Source of the DNA: a bacterium | GTDB taxonomy: Bacteria; Desulfobacterota; DSWW01 | Length of the DNA stretch: 64,000 bases | NCBI GenBank assembly: GCA_040756235.1 | Contig: JBFLZG010000006.1 | Location: 32,505 to 96,504 of the forward strand | Reading direction: 5' to 3' | In this document: positions 18,737 through 29,085 of the stretch, piece after piece | How the letters are laid out: each line of letters opens with the position of its first letter | Position numbering within the stretch: the stretch's first letter is position 1 | Notes under the pieces: generated by a model | Told to the model about the DNA's origin: nothing | What the model saw: the letters and a program-made list of their open reading frames with translations, nothing else | The model's database searches: none | Translations under genes and position numbers: made by a program

Positions 18737-20041
18737 CTACTTGCAGAGCTTTTGAAAGCCGGCCAGGGAAAAGTCGTTGCGATCCGCAGTGGCGAAAAAC
18801 TGCGTGCGGTGCCTTGGGGTGTAGTAGTTGATCACAGTCGTGTGGTCGGTCCGGTCGTCGGTCGCGACCATGCAGCCGAGTGCTACCAGGCGTACGCCGC
18901 TCGCCCCGTTTTCAAAGCCTGCCTGCGGCTGCCACTCCGTCTTCCAGTAGCTGCCGGAGCGGTCGTGAATGACCTTGAAGATGGGCTGGTAGAACTCCGC
19001 GTCGAGCCACAGGTACTGGTAGCCGTAGTTGTAGTACGGGTCCTTGGCCCTGGCTTCCAATATGTAGGTCGGACGCCTGACCCACACGACATTGGTGGGA
19101 AACCAGGGGGCGCCGGTGTAGCCCGGTTCCTGATATCCCCAGATGATCTCTTTGACCGCTGCTCCGGTCATGTATTCCCCGCGATCGTTGGCCTCCAGGG
19201 GTTGAGGCTCGGGATCGAGAAAGGGTATGAGCTGATCCGCCTTGCGGAGAATCTTCCACGAAAAGGAGTTGACCTTGCCCGCGTAACCCCACGCGTCGTC
19301 CATCGTGAAATCCGAGCCCAGGAAGGCGTCGGAGCGGTTGGCCGGGCTCACGCGCCGGACCCTGCGGATGGCCGGCAGGTAGGTGAAGGTGCTGTCCGGC
19401 CGCTCGTCCCGGTAGCGAAGGGTCAGCACGTTGGTGCCTGCGATGTCGAACGGCGCCAGCACGCGGACGATCGAGCAGACCTCGAGGTTGTCCGGGTTGG
19501 GCTCCCCGCGGATCGCGGCATAGCCGTCCAGCACGTAAGTCCGGTAGTCCAGCTCCACTTCCCGGTGGAATCCGGCCTCCCGGGTGATATAGGCGGCCTG
19601 AAAGGGGCAGAGCATGTTGCCGGTCGCGTACCCGTAATAGAACTTGTTGTACATGAGCTTGGATCCGGCTTTCGAATCCTCGAGATCGATCTGCGGAAAG
19701 GGCAGGCCGGTCACGAAGGCCGGGAGCTTTCCGGTCTTCACGTCCACGATCAGGCCGTTGTCGTCCACATCGTATCTGCGCGCATTGAGGGCCAGGGATT
19801 CCCGGCACCCGGGGGGCAGGAACTCGTTCGGGGAGAAGCTCAGCGCGGCCACATGCAAGACGTCGCCGCGCCGGATCCAGTTCAGGACCGACTCGGGCAG
19901 GAGTCCCTCGGCCTCTTGCCAGTTGGTTCGATCGATCACGTCGCCGGGGGCCGCTCCCGCGGCGGCGGCAGGCATAGCCCGGGTCAGGGCCCAGAGGCCG
20001 AACAGGCAAGAGAGCAGCCGCAGCCGCTTCTTCTCTCTCAT
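18737..20041 (-). CDS. DUF1329-family exported protein
   Basis: Signal peptide; GDVI, GLPFPQID, YLPAIRRVRRVS..NRSD.FLGSD...DD, AKDPYYNYG. Confidence 0.8.
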   Translation of the reverse strand: MREKKRLRLLSCLFGLWALTRAMPAAAAGAAPGDVIDRTNWQEAEGLLPESVLNWIRRGDVLHVAALSFSPNEFLPPGCRESLALNARRYDVDDNGLIVDVKTGKLPAFVTGLPFPQIDLEDSKAGSKLMYNKFYYGYATGNMLCPFQAAYITREAGFHREVELDYRTYVLDGYAAIRGEPNPDNLEVCSIVRVLAPFDIAGTNVLTLRYRDERPDSTFTYLPAIRRVRRVSPANRSDAFLGSDFTMDDAWGYAGKVNSFSWKILRKADQLIPFLDPEPQPLEANDRGEYMTGAAVKEIIWGYQEPGYTGAPWFPTNVVWVRRPTYILEARAKDPYYNYGYQYLWLDAEFYQPIFKVIHDRSGSYWKTEWQPQAGFENGASGVRLVALGCMVATDDRTDHTTVINYYTPRHRTQFFATADRNDFSLAGFQKLCK

Positions 20042-20763
20042 CACGCCCTTCCTCTCCCGGCGGGAGCCGCCTCGAACAGAGCTTCCACAATGCCCAGCGC
20101 AACCCCTTCGAGCGACGCAAAGACCCAGTCGGCCTCGCGGATCTCCTCCGCGGTCGCCGAGTGGGTCAGTCCCAGGACCCTCATCCCCGCGAGCTTGGCC
20201 GAGCGGATTCCCTGGCTGGAGTCCTCGATGACCAGGCACTCCGCGGGCCGGACCTCCGCCCCCCTGCCGCCGGGCGCGACGGCCCGGTTCAGGCGCTCCA
20301 GGGCCTCGAGGTACGGCTCCGGGTCCGGTTTGGTGCGGGTCACGTCTTCTCCGCTCACGATCGCCGAGAACAGGCGCTCGATGCCGGCCTCACGCAGCGT
20401 CCAGTCGATTTCCGAGCGCAGCGCCATGGAAGCCAGCCCCAAAGGGTACTTCTGTGCGGCCGCGCGGATGAATTCGACGACACCCGGAAAAAAGCGGGTG
20501 TTCTGCTTCAGCAGTTCCTGGTAGTAGGCGGATTTTCTCCCGACCAGGACCTCCATGCCGCCTGCCCGTCGAATCCCTTCCGGGTCCGCAAAAGCCCACT
20601 GGAAGCACTCGACGTCGTTGAACCCCAGGCAGTCGCGGTAATAGGCTTCCCGCGAAATCGTGACGCCCTCTTCGGCCAGGACCCGCCTGAGGGATTCACA
20701 GTGGTGCTCCTCGTCGTCCAGAATGACGCCGTTGAAATCGAAGAAGATGGCTCTGAGCATCAT
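20041..20763 (-). CDS. HAD-family phosphatase (beta-PGM-like)
   Basis: FDFNGVI, KPDPEPY, IEDS..GI. Confidence 0.88.
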   Translation of the reverse strand: MMLRAIFFDFNGVILDDEEHHCESLRRVLAEEGVTISREAYYRDCLGFNDVECFQWAFADPEGIRRAGGMEVLVGRKSAYYQELLKQNTRFFPGVVEFIRAAAQKYPLGLASMALRSEIDWTLREAGIERLFSAIVSGEDVTRTKPDPEPYLEALERLNRAVAPGGRGAEVRPAECLVIEDSSQGIRSAKLAGMRVLGLTHSATAEEIREADWVFASLEGVALGIVEALFEAAPAGRGRA

Positions 20764-20958
20764 ATCCAGTCTCTGCGCCGCCGTGCGGCGGCCGGAGCGC
20801 AGCCGCCGGCCGAGCGGCCGCCGCCCTGCGGGAGACCTGTGAAAATCTCCGGTTCATGACTATAATGATCGGCGAATCGGGGCCGCAACTGAACTCCCCT
20901 TTGCGCGACCCGCATCCGGCCGTCCATTCCGAGAGCCGTATGATGAGAGCTTCTTGAC

Positions 20959-21735
20959 ATGATCCTGCCCCGTCCCGGGTGCGGCAAACACCCCAAGGTC
21001 ATTCTGTTCGACATCGATGCGACGCTCCTGCTCAGCGGCCATGCCGGCACCCGGGCCATCGAGCGCGTCTTTCGCACGCTCTACGGGATGGCGGACGCCA
21101 TGGACGGCATCTTGCCGGACGGGAAGACCGATCCGTTGATCTTCCGCGAGATCCTGGAAAAGAAGCTGAGCCACCTGTCGAGTGACGAAGAGATCCCGAG
21201 GGTCTCAGGGGTCTACATCGAGTACCTGCAGGAGGAGGTGGCGCGCTCTCCCGGCTTTCGGCTGATGAAAGGAGTCCGGGAGCTGCTGGCCCTCCTCTCT
21301 AAGTCCGAAAGGGTGCTGCTGGGTCTCGCCACCGGGAACCTCGAGCCGTGCGCCTGGATCAAGCTCCGCAGGGCGGGCCTCGACGGCTACTTCCGCTTCG
21401 GGGGCTTCGGAAGCGATGCCGAAGACCGGACGGAGGTCGTCAGGACCGCGCTCCGCAAGGCCGAGAGAGAGCTGGGACATCCCGTGTCCCGAGATCGGGT
21501 TTGCGTGATCGGCGACACGCCGCGCGACATCCTCCACGCCCGGGAGGCCGGGGTCCGCACGGTGGCGGTGGCCACGGGACGGAGCACCCTCGCGGAGTTG
21601 GCCCGGTACGGGCCCGACTACCTGCTGCCGGACCTTTCCGATACGGAGCGGGTCGCCCGCATCTTCGTGGAAGACACCGAGCCCGAGGCCGCCGGCCCCG
21701 AAACGGAGGCGGCGTCCCCGATCAGGGCTCCCTGA
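20959..21735 (+). CDS. HAD-family hydrolase
   Basis: LFDIDATL, GKTD, LATGN, FGSD, IGDTPRD. Confidence 0.88.
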   Translation: MILPRPGCGKHPKVILFDIDATLLLSGHAGTRAIERVFRTLYGMADAMDGILPDGKTDPLIFREILEKKLSHLSSDEEIPRVSGVYIEYLQEEVARSPGFRLMKGVRELLALLSKSERVLLGLATGNLEPCAWIKLRRAGLDGYFRFGGFGSDAEDRTEVVRTALRKAERELGHPVSRDRVCVIGDTPRDILHAREAGVRTVAVATGRSTLAELARYGPDYLLPDLSDTERVARIFVEDTEPEAAGPETEAASPIRAP

Positions 21736-23002
21736 CCTTTACCCTGTGGAACCTCTTCTTGCCGGCCCGGAGCAGGATCGAGCCCTGTTCCATGTCCGAC
21801 ATGCCGATCTTCTCGTCAAAGGCCTCCAGGCGCCGTTCGTTCACGTAGGCGCCTCCCTGCTGGATGAGCCTCCTTGCCTCCGCCCGGCTCTTGGTGAGGC
21901 CGACCTCCTCGAGTAGCTGCCAGCCCGGAACCCCCTCCTCGAGGCGGCGCCTGTCGACCTCCGTGGTGGGCACGCCTTGCATTTCCCCTCCGGAGACCGT
22001 GCGGCTCTGGAACAGCCTGCGGGAAGCGTCCCGGGCCGCACGCGCCTCTTCTTCGGAATGCGTGATCTTCGTCGCCTCGAACGCCAGGATCTCCTTGGCC
22101 TCACGCAGGCCCTCTCCGCCGAGGCCTCCGAGCCGCCGAACGTCCTGCATGGGGAGGAAGGTGAACAAGGCGAGAAACCGTTCCACGTCCTGGTCGTCCA
22201 CGTTGATCCAGTACTGATAGAACTCGTAGGGAGAGGTCCTCTCCGGGTCCAGCCACACGGCCCCGGTGGCCGTCTTTCCCATCTTGGCTCCGGAGCGCGT
22301 CGTGAGAAGAGGGAAGGTGATGCCGAAGAGCTGGGGGCCGCCCAGGCGCCGGGTGAGATCGATGCCGGCGCAGATGTTGCCCCACTGGTCCGCGCCGCCC
22401 ATCTGGAGCCTGCAGCCGTGATGCTTCCAGAGGTGCCAGAAGTCGTAGGCCTGGAGCAGCATGTAGTTGAACTCGATGAAGTTCAGGCCGCTCTCCTGTT
22501 CCATCCTCAGGCGGTACGATTCGGCGGCGAGCATGCGGTTGACCGAGAAGTGGCGCCCGACGTCCCGCAGGAACTCGATGTACTTGAGCTCGCCGAGCCA
22601 GTCCGCGTTGTTGAGGAGCAGGGCCTTCCCCTGGCTGAAGTCGAGATAGCGCGAGAGCTGCCGCTTGAGTGCGTCCGCATTGGCGTCGACCTCGCCGACG
22701 CTCATGACTTTGCGCATCTCGGTCTTGCCGCTCGGGTCGCCGACGAGCCCGGTGCCGCCGCCCACGAGCACGATGGGCCGGTGCCCGCAGCGCTGCATGT
22801 GGACGAGGCTCATGATCGGCTCCAGCGAGCCGGCGTGCAGGCTCGGCGCCGTCGGATCGAATCCGATGTAGCAGGTCGCCGGCTCCTCCAGGAGCTTCCC
22901 GACCGCTTCGTCGTCGGTCGTTGCCTCGACGAAGCCCCGTTCCCTCAGGACGTCCAAAACGTTTGTCACCGCTGCTCTCCTCTGCGGATCGTGATCGGTC
23001 AC
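21722..23002 (-). CDS. tyrS: Tyrosine--tRNA ligase
   Basis: YIGFDPTAPSLHAGS, GDPSGK, YMLLQAYDF, QMGGADQWGN, KMGKT, C-terminal S4 domain. Confidence 0.97.
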   Translation of the reverse strand: MTDHDPQRRAAVTNVLDVLRERGFVEATTDDEAVGKLLEEPATCYIGFDPTAPSLHAGSLEPIMSLVHMQRCGHRPIVLVGGGTGLVGDPSGKTEMRKVMSVGEVDANADALKRQLSRYLDFSQGKALLLNNADWLGELKYIEFLRDVGRHFSVNRMLAAESYRLRMEQESGLNFIEFNYMLLQAYDFWHLWKHHGCRLQMGGADQWGNICAGIDLTRRLGGPQLFGITFPLLTTRSGAKMGKTATGAVWLDPERTSPYEFYQYWINVDDQDVERFLALFTFLPMQDVRRLGGLGGEGLREAKEILAFEATKITHSEEEARAARDASRRLFQSRTVSGGEMQGVPTTEVDRRRLEEGVPGWQLLEEVGLTKSRAEARRLIQQGGAYVNERRLEAFDEKIGMSDMEQGSILLRAGKKRFHRVKVREP

Positions 23003-23014
23003 CGGCCGGCCGTT

Positions 23015-24475
23015 TCAGGGCAACGCCAGGGGCGGCAAGCCTTCCTGGATTCTTCTGAGGATATCCCAGAACGCCCCCTTGTGGCCCCGCTTCAGGGCTT
23101 CCACCAGGACCTCGTTGGTGTTGTAGTTGTAGTTGGAAGCACGGCCGCGTCCGGCGGGCAGGAAGAACCTGCGGTCCCCCCCCACGCGCCCGGCAAGCTC
23201 CTCCTCCCATCCTTCGCCCAGGTCTGCCGAAACGAAGAAAACCGGGTGCAGGAGGTCCTCGTTTCCCTGCACGGCCCCCCTGAGGTTCGGGTTCTTCCGG
23301 AGCGGTCCCTGCCCGCGCACCTCCCGACCGAGCGCCGTGCCGGGATAGACCCGGATGCCCACGTTCAGGCCCACCCGATCCACGCCCAGGTCTCGGCAGA
23401 GCTCGACGGCTTCCGCCAGGGACCGGCGCGTCTCGCCCGGGCCCCCCAGGAGAAGGTCGAACATGAAAGGGAGACCGGCGTCGCGGGCGGCCCGTGCCGT
23501 CCGCTCGAGGTCGTGCGCCCGGTGACGGCGCCCGAGGCGAACGAGCAGGTCGTCCCGGCCGTGGTCCACGCCGAAGTTGATGCCGGCGCAGCCCGCCCGG
23601 GCCATGCGCTGCGCCAGCGCGCCGTCGAAGCCTTCGGGCGAGGCGTACGCGTACCAGCGGAACCTTTCGGACAGCCCCTCGGCGCGGATCGCTTCGCACA
23701 CCTCGGTCGCGTGCTCGGGCGGAACGTTGAATTCGCTGTCGCAAAGGTGGAGGACCGTGACTCCCTGCCGCAGGAGGGAGCGGATCTCTTCGAGCAGGAT
23801 CTCGATCGGCTTGCGCAAGACGGTCCTGCCCTTGGCCACCGGATCCACGCAATACACGCACGCTCCGGTGCAGCCCCGCTTGGTCTCGAGGCCGACCATG
23901 CCGCCCCTCCGGAAGTACTCCAGGTTTCGTACGACGGCGCGGGGCGAGAAGAAATCCGCGTCCATCTGCGGAGGGCTCGGGGCATTCGAGAGCAGATCGG
24001 CCCCGTCCTTCCAGACCACTCCGGGCAGGTCCGGGTAACGGTCCCGATCGCCCAGAGCGCCCAGCAGCCCGAGGAGGTCCTTTTCCGAAGCGCCTGCGAC
24101 TCCCAGGTCCGCGCCGATGAAAGCCAGAACCTTCTCCGGAGCCACGGAGAAGCCGCAGCCGCCGGTGATCACGGGAACCGCAAAGGCTTTCTTGAGGCTC
24201 TCCACGAGCGCACGATACCCGGGAAGGAACGACTCCTGGCTGGCGTAGTAAGCGTCGTCGAGATTTCGCAGGGTCACGAGAACCGCGGCAGGCTGCGGTC
24301 CCCGCAGGGCGCGCCAGAACGAGAGAGGGATTTCAGCGCCGGACGGTTGGTCCAGGCACAGGTCCACGACCGTGCAGCCGATGCCTCGGCTGAGCAGGGC
24401 CTGCCCGATGGAATCCGCGGCCAGCGGAGCCACCGGGGGCTGCATCCGGTTCGGGTTGATGAAGAGAATGTCCAT
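23015..24475 (-). CDS. B12-binding-domain radical SAM protein
   Basis: ETKRGCTGACVYC (CxxxCxxC), N-terminal Rossmann with GGCGFS, DSEFN, PGET, IRVYPGT. Confidence 0.85.
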   Translation of the reverse strand: MDILFINPNRMQPPVAPLAADSIGQALLSRGIGCTVVDLCLDQPSGAEIPLSFWRALRGPQPAAVLVTLRNLDDAYYASQESFLPGYRALVESLKKAFAVPVITGGCGFSVAPEKVLAFIGADLGVAGASEKDLLGLLGALGDRDRYPDLPGVVWKDGADLLSNAPSPPQMDADFFSPRAVVRNLEYFRRGGMVGLETKRGCTGACVYCVDPVAKGRTVLRKPIEILLEEIRSLLRQGVTVLHLCDSEFNVPPEHATEVCEAIRAEGLSERFRWYAYASPEGFDGALAQRMARAGCAGINFGVDHGRDDLLVRLGRRHRAHDLERTARAARDAGLPFMFDLLLGGPGETRRSLAEAVELCRDLGVDRVGLNVGIRVYPGTALGREVRGQGPLRKNPNLRGAVQGNEDLLHPVFFVSADLGEGWEEELAGRVGGDRRFFLPAGRGRASNYNYNTNEVLVEALKRGHKGAFWDILRRIQEGLPPLALP

Positions 24476-24820
24476 GGGCGGGGACCAGCAGGTATGCGGG
24501 CAGGTCAGCCTGAGCCACGGGTTTCCTCGGTTTTCGATGCGACGAATCATGCTAGGGGAAAGACCCCGTAGTGTCAAACCCTGGAGGCAGCGGGACCGCT
24601 TCGGCAGCCGGGGCTCCGCCGGCCCGAAATCTTGTAGGCGCGACGCATGTTGGCGCCCTCCTCCAGAGAAGCCCTCCTGCGGGCTTCCTTGACCCGCCTG
24701 CGGCGCAACCTCTATAGTCGAGTCTGCTCGTGGACGATCGCCCGCTCACGAGCGACCCGCCCTCGCAAACGCTTCCGCCCGCGGTCGAGAGGGTTCTCAC
24801 TCAAGCGGTCAGGCAGGGGC

Positions 24821-25951
24821 ATGGACGTACCTGGACGATCCCGCGAAGCCGAGGACGGGCTGCGGCTTACTCAGGCCCTTCCGGCGGAAGGCCTCCGCCT
24901 CGGGCGGTTTTCACCGCTGCGCCTGCTCCTGTCTTTGCTGGTGTCCGGCGCGGTCGTCTACGGGCTGCTCCGGTTTGCGCAGGTGCCGCCCGGGCAGATC
25001 TGGAGCACCTTGAAGAACACTTCCCCGGCAGCCGTCCTCTGCGGGCTCCTGCTTCATTTCGCCACCTACTGCCTGCGATGTCTCCGCTTCCGGTTGCTCG
25101 TCCACTCGCGCAGCGTCCCGGTCAAACGACTGCTGGACATCGTGCTGGTGCACAATTTCATGAACCATTTCCTGCCCCTCAGGGCCGGAGAGCTGACCTA
25201 CGTGTATCTGCTTCGGCGGAGGGAAGGGGTGCCGGTGGCGGAGGGGCTGACCACCCTCGTCATCTCCCGCTGCCTGGATCTCGTTTCGTTCACGCTCTAT
25301 TATCCCCTGGCGATCCTCGCCCTCCATCTGGGCGGGTTCGCGTTTCCGCCGTTCGTGCGCCGGGCCCTGTGGGCCGCGGCCCTCCTGTTTCTTCTGCTCA
25401 TGGCCCTGCTGGTGGCCCTGTCGTGGAAGGGAAGGGCGCTGCTCGACCGGTTCGAGCGCACTTCTTGGGTTCGAGGGCTGCGGAGGCGGTCTCGTCTGGC
25501 GAAGCTCGTGCTGGACAAGCTCGAGGAGGTCAGCCTCGGGTTCGAGCACCTGGGCAACCGGAGAATCTATTGGAAGGCGCTTGCCCTTTCACTCGCAACC
25601 CTCGGGCTGGTCTATCTGGTCGGGTACGTGCTTCTGACCGGCATGGGCTACTTCATTTCGTTCCCTCTGATCATCGTCTGCTCCACGCTGGCCAGCCTGG
25701 GTTTCATGCTTCCCCTGTACAGCTTCGGCGGTTTCGGCACCCTGGAGGCCGGCTGGACCGTGGGCTGCATGATGGCCGGTTTCTCCAAGGAGATGGCGCT
25801 GGCCAGCGGCTTCAGCTTCCACATCCTCGTGCTGGCCTACGTCACGCTCATGGGGATCGTGGGCATGGTCCGTATCGGCGCCTCCGGCGGCCGTGGCCCG
25901 GAAGAACCGCTTTTCTGTCAGGAGCGCGCGCCCGGCAGGAAGGAGCCATGA
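24821..25951 (+). CDS. Lysylphosphatidylglycerol synthase TM-domain (flippase-like) protein
   Basis: NHFLPLRAGE, GFGTLEAG, multiple TM helices. Confidence 0.8.
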   Translation: MDVPGRSREAEDGLRLTQALPAEGLRLGRFSPLRLLLSLLVSGAVVYGLLRFAQVPPGQIWSTLKNTSPAAVLCGLLLHFATYCLRCLRFRLLVHSRSVPVKRLLDIVLVHNFMNHFLPLRAGELTYVYLLRRREGVPVAEGLTTLVISRCLDLVSFTLYYPLAILALHLGGFAFPPFVRRALWAAALLFLLLMALLVALSWKGRALLDRFERTSWVRGLRRRSRLAKLVLDKLEEVSLGFEHLGNRRIYWKALALSLATLGLVYLVGYVLLTGMGYFISFPLIIVCSTLASLGFMLPLYSFGGFGTLEAGWTVGCMMAGFSKEMALASGFSFHILVLAYVTLMGIVGMVRIGASGGRGPEEPLFCQERAPGRKEP

Positions 25952-25954
25952 GCC

Positions 25955-27475
25955 TTGCCAGCGCTCAAGGCCCGGTGTGAGAAAGCCCTGTTCGCCGCGT
26001 GCATGGCTCTCGCCCTGGCGGGCGCCGGCGGACCGGCCTTTGCCTTCAGGTCCCAGGCGATCCCCATTCCCGGCGAGATCCAGGAGATCCGGGCCGACGA
26101 TCTCGGCGGAGATGGGCAAAAGGAGATCTTCGTCAGCACGAACCGGGTCGACGGCAAGCGCATCGAACGGCTCATCCGCGTGTTCGCATGGCCCGGCGAG
26201 TCGGAGCCCGCCCTTCTGGTCCCTCAAAGCTCCTGGGCCGTGGACCCGGAAGCCGTCTTCTGGGATACGGGTCCCGAGGGCTCGAGCGCGCACCCGTCCC
26301 GGTCCCTGTACTTTCTTTCCTGCCACGGTCTGTGGAGGCTGCCCGGGAGAGGCGCTGCGCCCGGCAAGCCTCTGTGCCAGGTGCGCGAGCCCCTTCTGGT
26401 GGCCTCGTCCCAGGAGGACGGCTTCCCCTGCCTCGACTTCATCCGCGACTGGGATGGAGACGGAAAGGAGGAGGCCTTGCTGCCGCAGAGTCGGAAAGCC
26501 CTGTTCTTCCGCCTGAACGGGAACGGCTCCTGGGAGCTCTCCGATGCGGCCGAGGTCAGTCCCTACTCGATGTACAACAACAATGTCCTGTTCGGCCGGA
26601 AGGTGGGGAGCTACGAGTTTCTGTCGGTCATTCTTTTCCCGCTGTTCGAAGCGGCCGACCTGAATCGGGACGGGCGGACGGACCTCCTGGTGCTGCGGGA
26701 CGGAAAGGGCCTGCCCTTTCTCAGGGGCGAAGACGGACGCCTCGGCGGCCAGGGCGAGCCGTGGGACCTGGACATCCGGACGGCCGAGGAGAGGCTGCGC
26801 CACAGGGCGACTCTGTCCTACAGGGTGGCGGACCTGAACCGGGACGGATGCGCCGACGCGGTGGTCCACAAGGTGGGGGTCAATTTTGCCAGCTGGGATT
26901 CGGAGACCGCCGTTTTCCTGGGCAACCCGGGCGGGTCGGCCGGAGGCAAGCCGGACCTGAGCTTCTCTTCCCGGGGGCTCCTTTCGGGTTTTTCCCTGGA
27001 AGATCTGGACGGGGACGGATTTTCCGATCTGACGCTCTGGTCGGTGCGGATGGGGATCTGGCCGATGATCGAGATCCTGCTGAGAAAGGTCGTCCACGTG
27101 AAAGCCGAGTCCTACTACGGTGCCTGGCCCCCCGGCTTTCCGGAGGAACCCCAGACCAGCAGAGGGTTCGAATTCACCATCGACACGGCGCGGCCGGGGT
27201 TCTTCAGCGGGCTCGTGCCGAACACGGAAGCCGATCTGGACGGCGACGGCTTGAAGGACATGGTTGCCGCCATCGGGAGCGATGCGCTGGGGGTCTACCT
27301 GGGGCAGCCGCGGAAAGGATTTGCGTCGAGCCCGTGGAAGACCGTCGAGGAGAAAGGAGTTGCCCGCATGAACTACGTCCGGGTCGAAGACCTCGACGGT
27401 GACGGGCTCTGCGACCTCATGGCCTACGAAGCGCACAAGGATCTGTCGGTCCTTCACGTCTGGACCCGCCGCTGA
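25955..27475 (+). CDS. FG-GAP/VCBS repeat exported protein
   Basis: Repeated DxDGDG/DLNRDG calcium-blade motifs; start ambiguous (TTG 25955 or ATG 26003). Confidence 0.82.
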   Translation: MPALKARCEKALFAACMALALAGAGGPAFAFRSQAIPIPGEIQEIRADDLGGDGQKEIFVSTNRVDGKRIERLIRVFAWPGESEPALLVPQSSWAVDPEAVFWDTGPEGSSAHPSRSLYFLSCHGLWRLPGRGAAPGKPLCQVREPLLVASSQEDGFPCLDFIRDWDGDGKEEALLPQSRKALFFRLNGNGSWELSDAAEVSPYSMYNNNVLFGRKVGSYEFLSVILFPLFEAADLNRDGRTDLLVLRDGKGLPFLRGEDGRLGGQGEPWDLDIRTAEERLRHRATLSYRVADLNRDGCADAVVHKVGVNFASWDSETAVFLGNPGGSAGGKPDLSFSSRGLLSGFSLEDLDGDGFSDLTLWSVRMGIWPMIEILLRKVVHVKAESYYGAWPPGFPEEPQTSRGFEFTIDTARPGFFSGLVPNTEADLDGDGLKDMVAAIGSDALGVYLGQPRKGFASSPWKTVEEKGVARMNYVRVEDLDGDGLCDLMAYEAHKDLSVLHVWTRR

Positions 27476-27634
27476 AGGGCCGCAACGGCGTGCGTTTTCC
27501 GGGCTGCGGGCCCCTTCCATCATGCGCCCTGTCCCCCGACTTCCGAGGTGCAAGGCCAGATGGGACACATGTATTTCTCCTCCTGCATCGGTGAAAGCGA
27601 GCCCGGGCGACGGCGGTTTCGAGACACACCCTTG

Positions 27635-27810
27635 AGAGGCTGGTGAGAAATGGCCGGATGCAAGGCAGGCGAAGTCCTGAGGCCTGTTCCGAGGAGCGAG
27701 AGCGACGAGGAAACCCCCGGCTGCAGCTGACTGCCGCACGACTGCGTACGGGGGATCGCTTCGCTGCGCTCGCAACCGGCGCCGCAGATGGCCGTTTCTC
27801 GCCAGCCTCT
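27635..27810 (+). repeat. MITE-like element
   Basis: AGAGGCTGGTGAGAAATGGCC ... GGCCGTTTCTCGCCAGCCTCT. Confidence 0.85.
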
Positions 27811-27826
27811 AGAGAGGAGGGCGGCC

Positions 27827-28612
27827 ATGCAGTTTGACTCATGGGTGCTGGATTCGATCTTGTATCTCTTCTTTTTCCTCGTGCTGCGGGAAGGCCGCGT
27901 GGTCCTGGGAAGGGAGAAGGCCAGCCTTTTCCTTTGGGGATCGATCCTGTGGACCGGCGTCATCGAGAACTTGATGGTGATCCTGGGCGGCTATGACTAC
28001 TTCGCCTATGCGAGTCACTACCGGTTCGGCGGCCAGGTGATCGAGGGCTATGCAGGCTGGTTCGCCTTTCTGCTGTTCGTGCCGCTCTGCATCTGTCTGG
28101 GCTGGTTCCTGCTCAGCCTCCCTGCCTTCGTGATCGCCGACCGCCTGCTCGGGCAGCGGAACATCTGGCTCAAGGCCACCTTCGCAGCCGCGACCCTGGT
28201 GAGCTTCGACATGCTCCTCGACCCGATCTCGGTCGTAAACGAGTGGTGGCGATGGACTTCCCCCGGCTACTACCTGCGCGGCGTGACGGTGAGCAACTAT
28301 ATCGGGTGGTTCTTTCTTCTCTTCTTCTTCGGCGCGGTCTTCGAAAGGACCGTCATCCAGAGGAGAGGGTTCGCCTGGCTCGCCCGGATCGAGCGTCTGA
28401 TCTTTCGTGCGGACACACGGAACCTGTCGGCTGCCGCCCCCGTGTCGCTGGGCCGCATCTTCTATTTTCGGCTGGCAGCCTTCCTCCCGGTCTTCCTGGT
28501 GAGCTGCATGGCCGTCTCCACGGTCGTCACGCTCCTGGCCGCCAACAACTGGGGGCCTTTCGACAGCGTCTTTCCGAACGAGGCCCTCACGCGCTACTTC
28601 CGGCAGCCTTGA
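27827..28612 (+). CDS. DUF422/CruF-like ('carotenoid biosynthesis') membrane protein
   Basis: E in TM2, P...LGWF, DMLLDP, WWRW, NYIGWF; GAGGAGG RBS. Confidence 0.65.
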   Translation: MQFDSWVLDSILYLFFFLVLREGRVVLGREKASLFLWGSILWTGVIENLMVILGGYDYFAYASHYRFGGQVIEGYAGWFAFLLFVPLCICLGWFLLSLPAFVIADRLLGQRNIWLKATFAAATLVSFDMLLDPISVVNEWWRWTSPGYYLRGVTVSNYIGWFFLLFFFGAVFERTVIQRRGFAWLARIERLIFRADTRNLSAAAPVSLGRIFYFRLAAFLPVFLVSCMAVSTVVTLLAANNWGPFDSVFPNEALTRYFRQP

Positions 28613-28677
28613 AGGACATGAAGGAAAGCCTCGCGCAGCACGGGCTCCGATCCAGGCAGCCCGTCAGGGAGGTCGAA

Positions 28678-28980
28678 ATGAATGCCGATGCGATCGTCCT
28701 TGGACCCGAAACGCGCACCGTGCTGTTGGCCAAGCTCCGCATGGCCTTGTTCCTGTTCCTCCTCTTTCTCATCCACATCGCCGAGGCCGGTCTCACCTTT
28801 CCCTTCAAGGGGCACGAGACTTCCACGCAGAACGTGCTCTACGGCCTCGTCGTGACCGCGCCTTTCAACGCGGTTCTGCTCGCATTCGCGCTGGCGGTCT
28901 GGAGGGACTTGTCTGTACGGAGGAGGGAAGCCCGCAAGGCGGAAGCTCCCGGGCGCGAGGGGAAGACGGCGGCCCGTTGA
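28678..28980 (+). CDS. Small two-TM membrane protein
   Basis: GGAGG RBS, two hydrophobic helices. Confidence 0.6.
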   Translation: MNADAIVLGPETRTVLLAKLRMALFLFLLFLIHIAEAGLTFPFKGHETSTQNVLYGLVVTAPFNAVLLAFALAVWRDLSVRRREARKAEAPGREGKTAAR

Positions 28981-29085
28981 GCCGGTACGCGTGGCGGAGG
29001 ACGGCCTTTGGGGCGGACCGCCAGGTGAAAGGTGAAGGTCAAAGGGCAAAGTGAAAAGGGGGCGAGTGGCGCTCCGCTTGCACCT

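Noticed and set aside
22822..22839. TyrS HIGH motif reading HAGS
   Set aside because: Within normal variation of bacterial TyrS; all other motifs intact.
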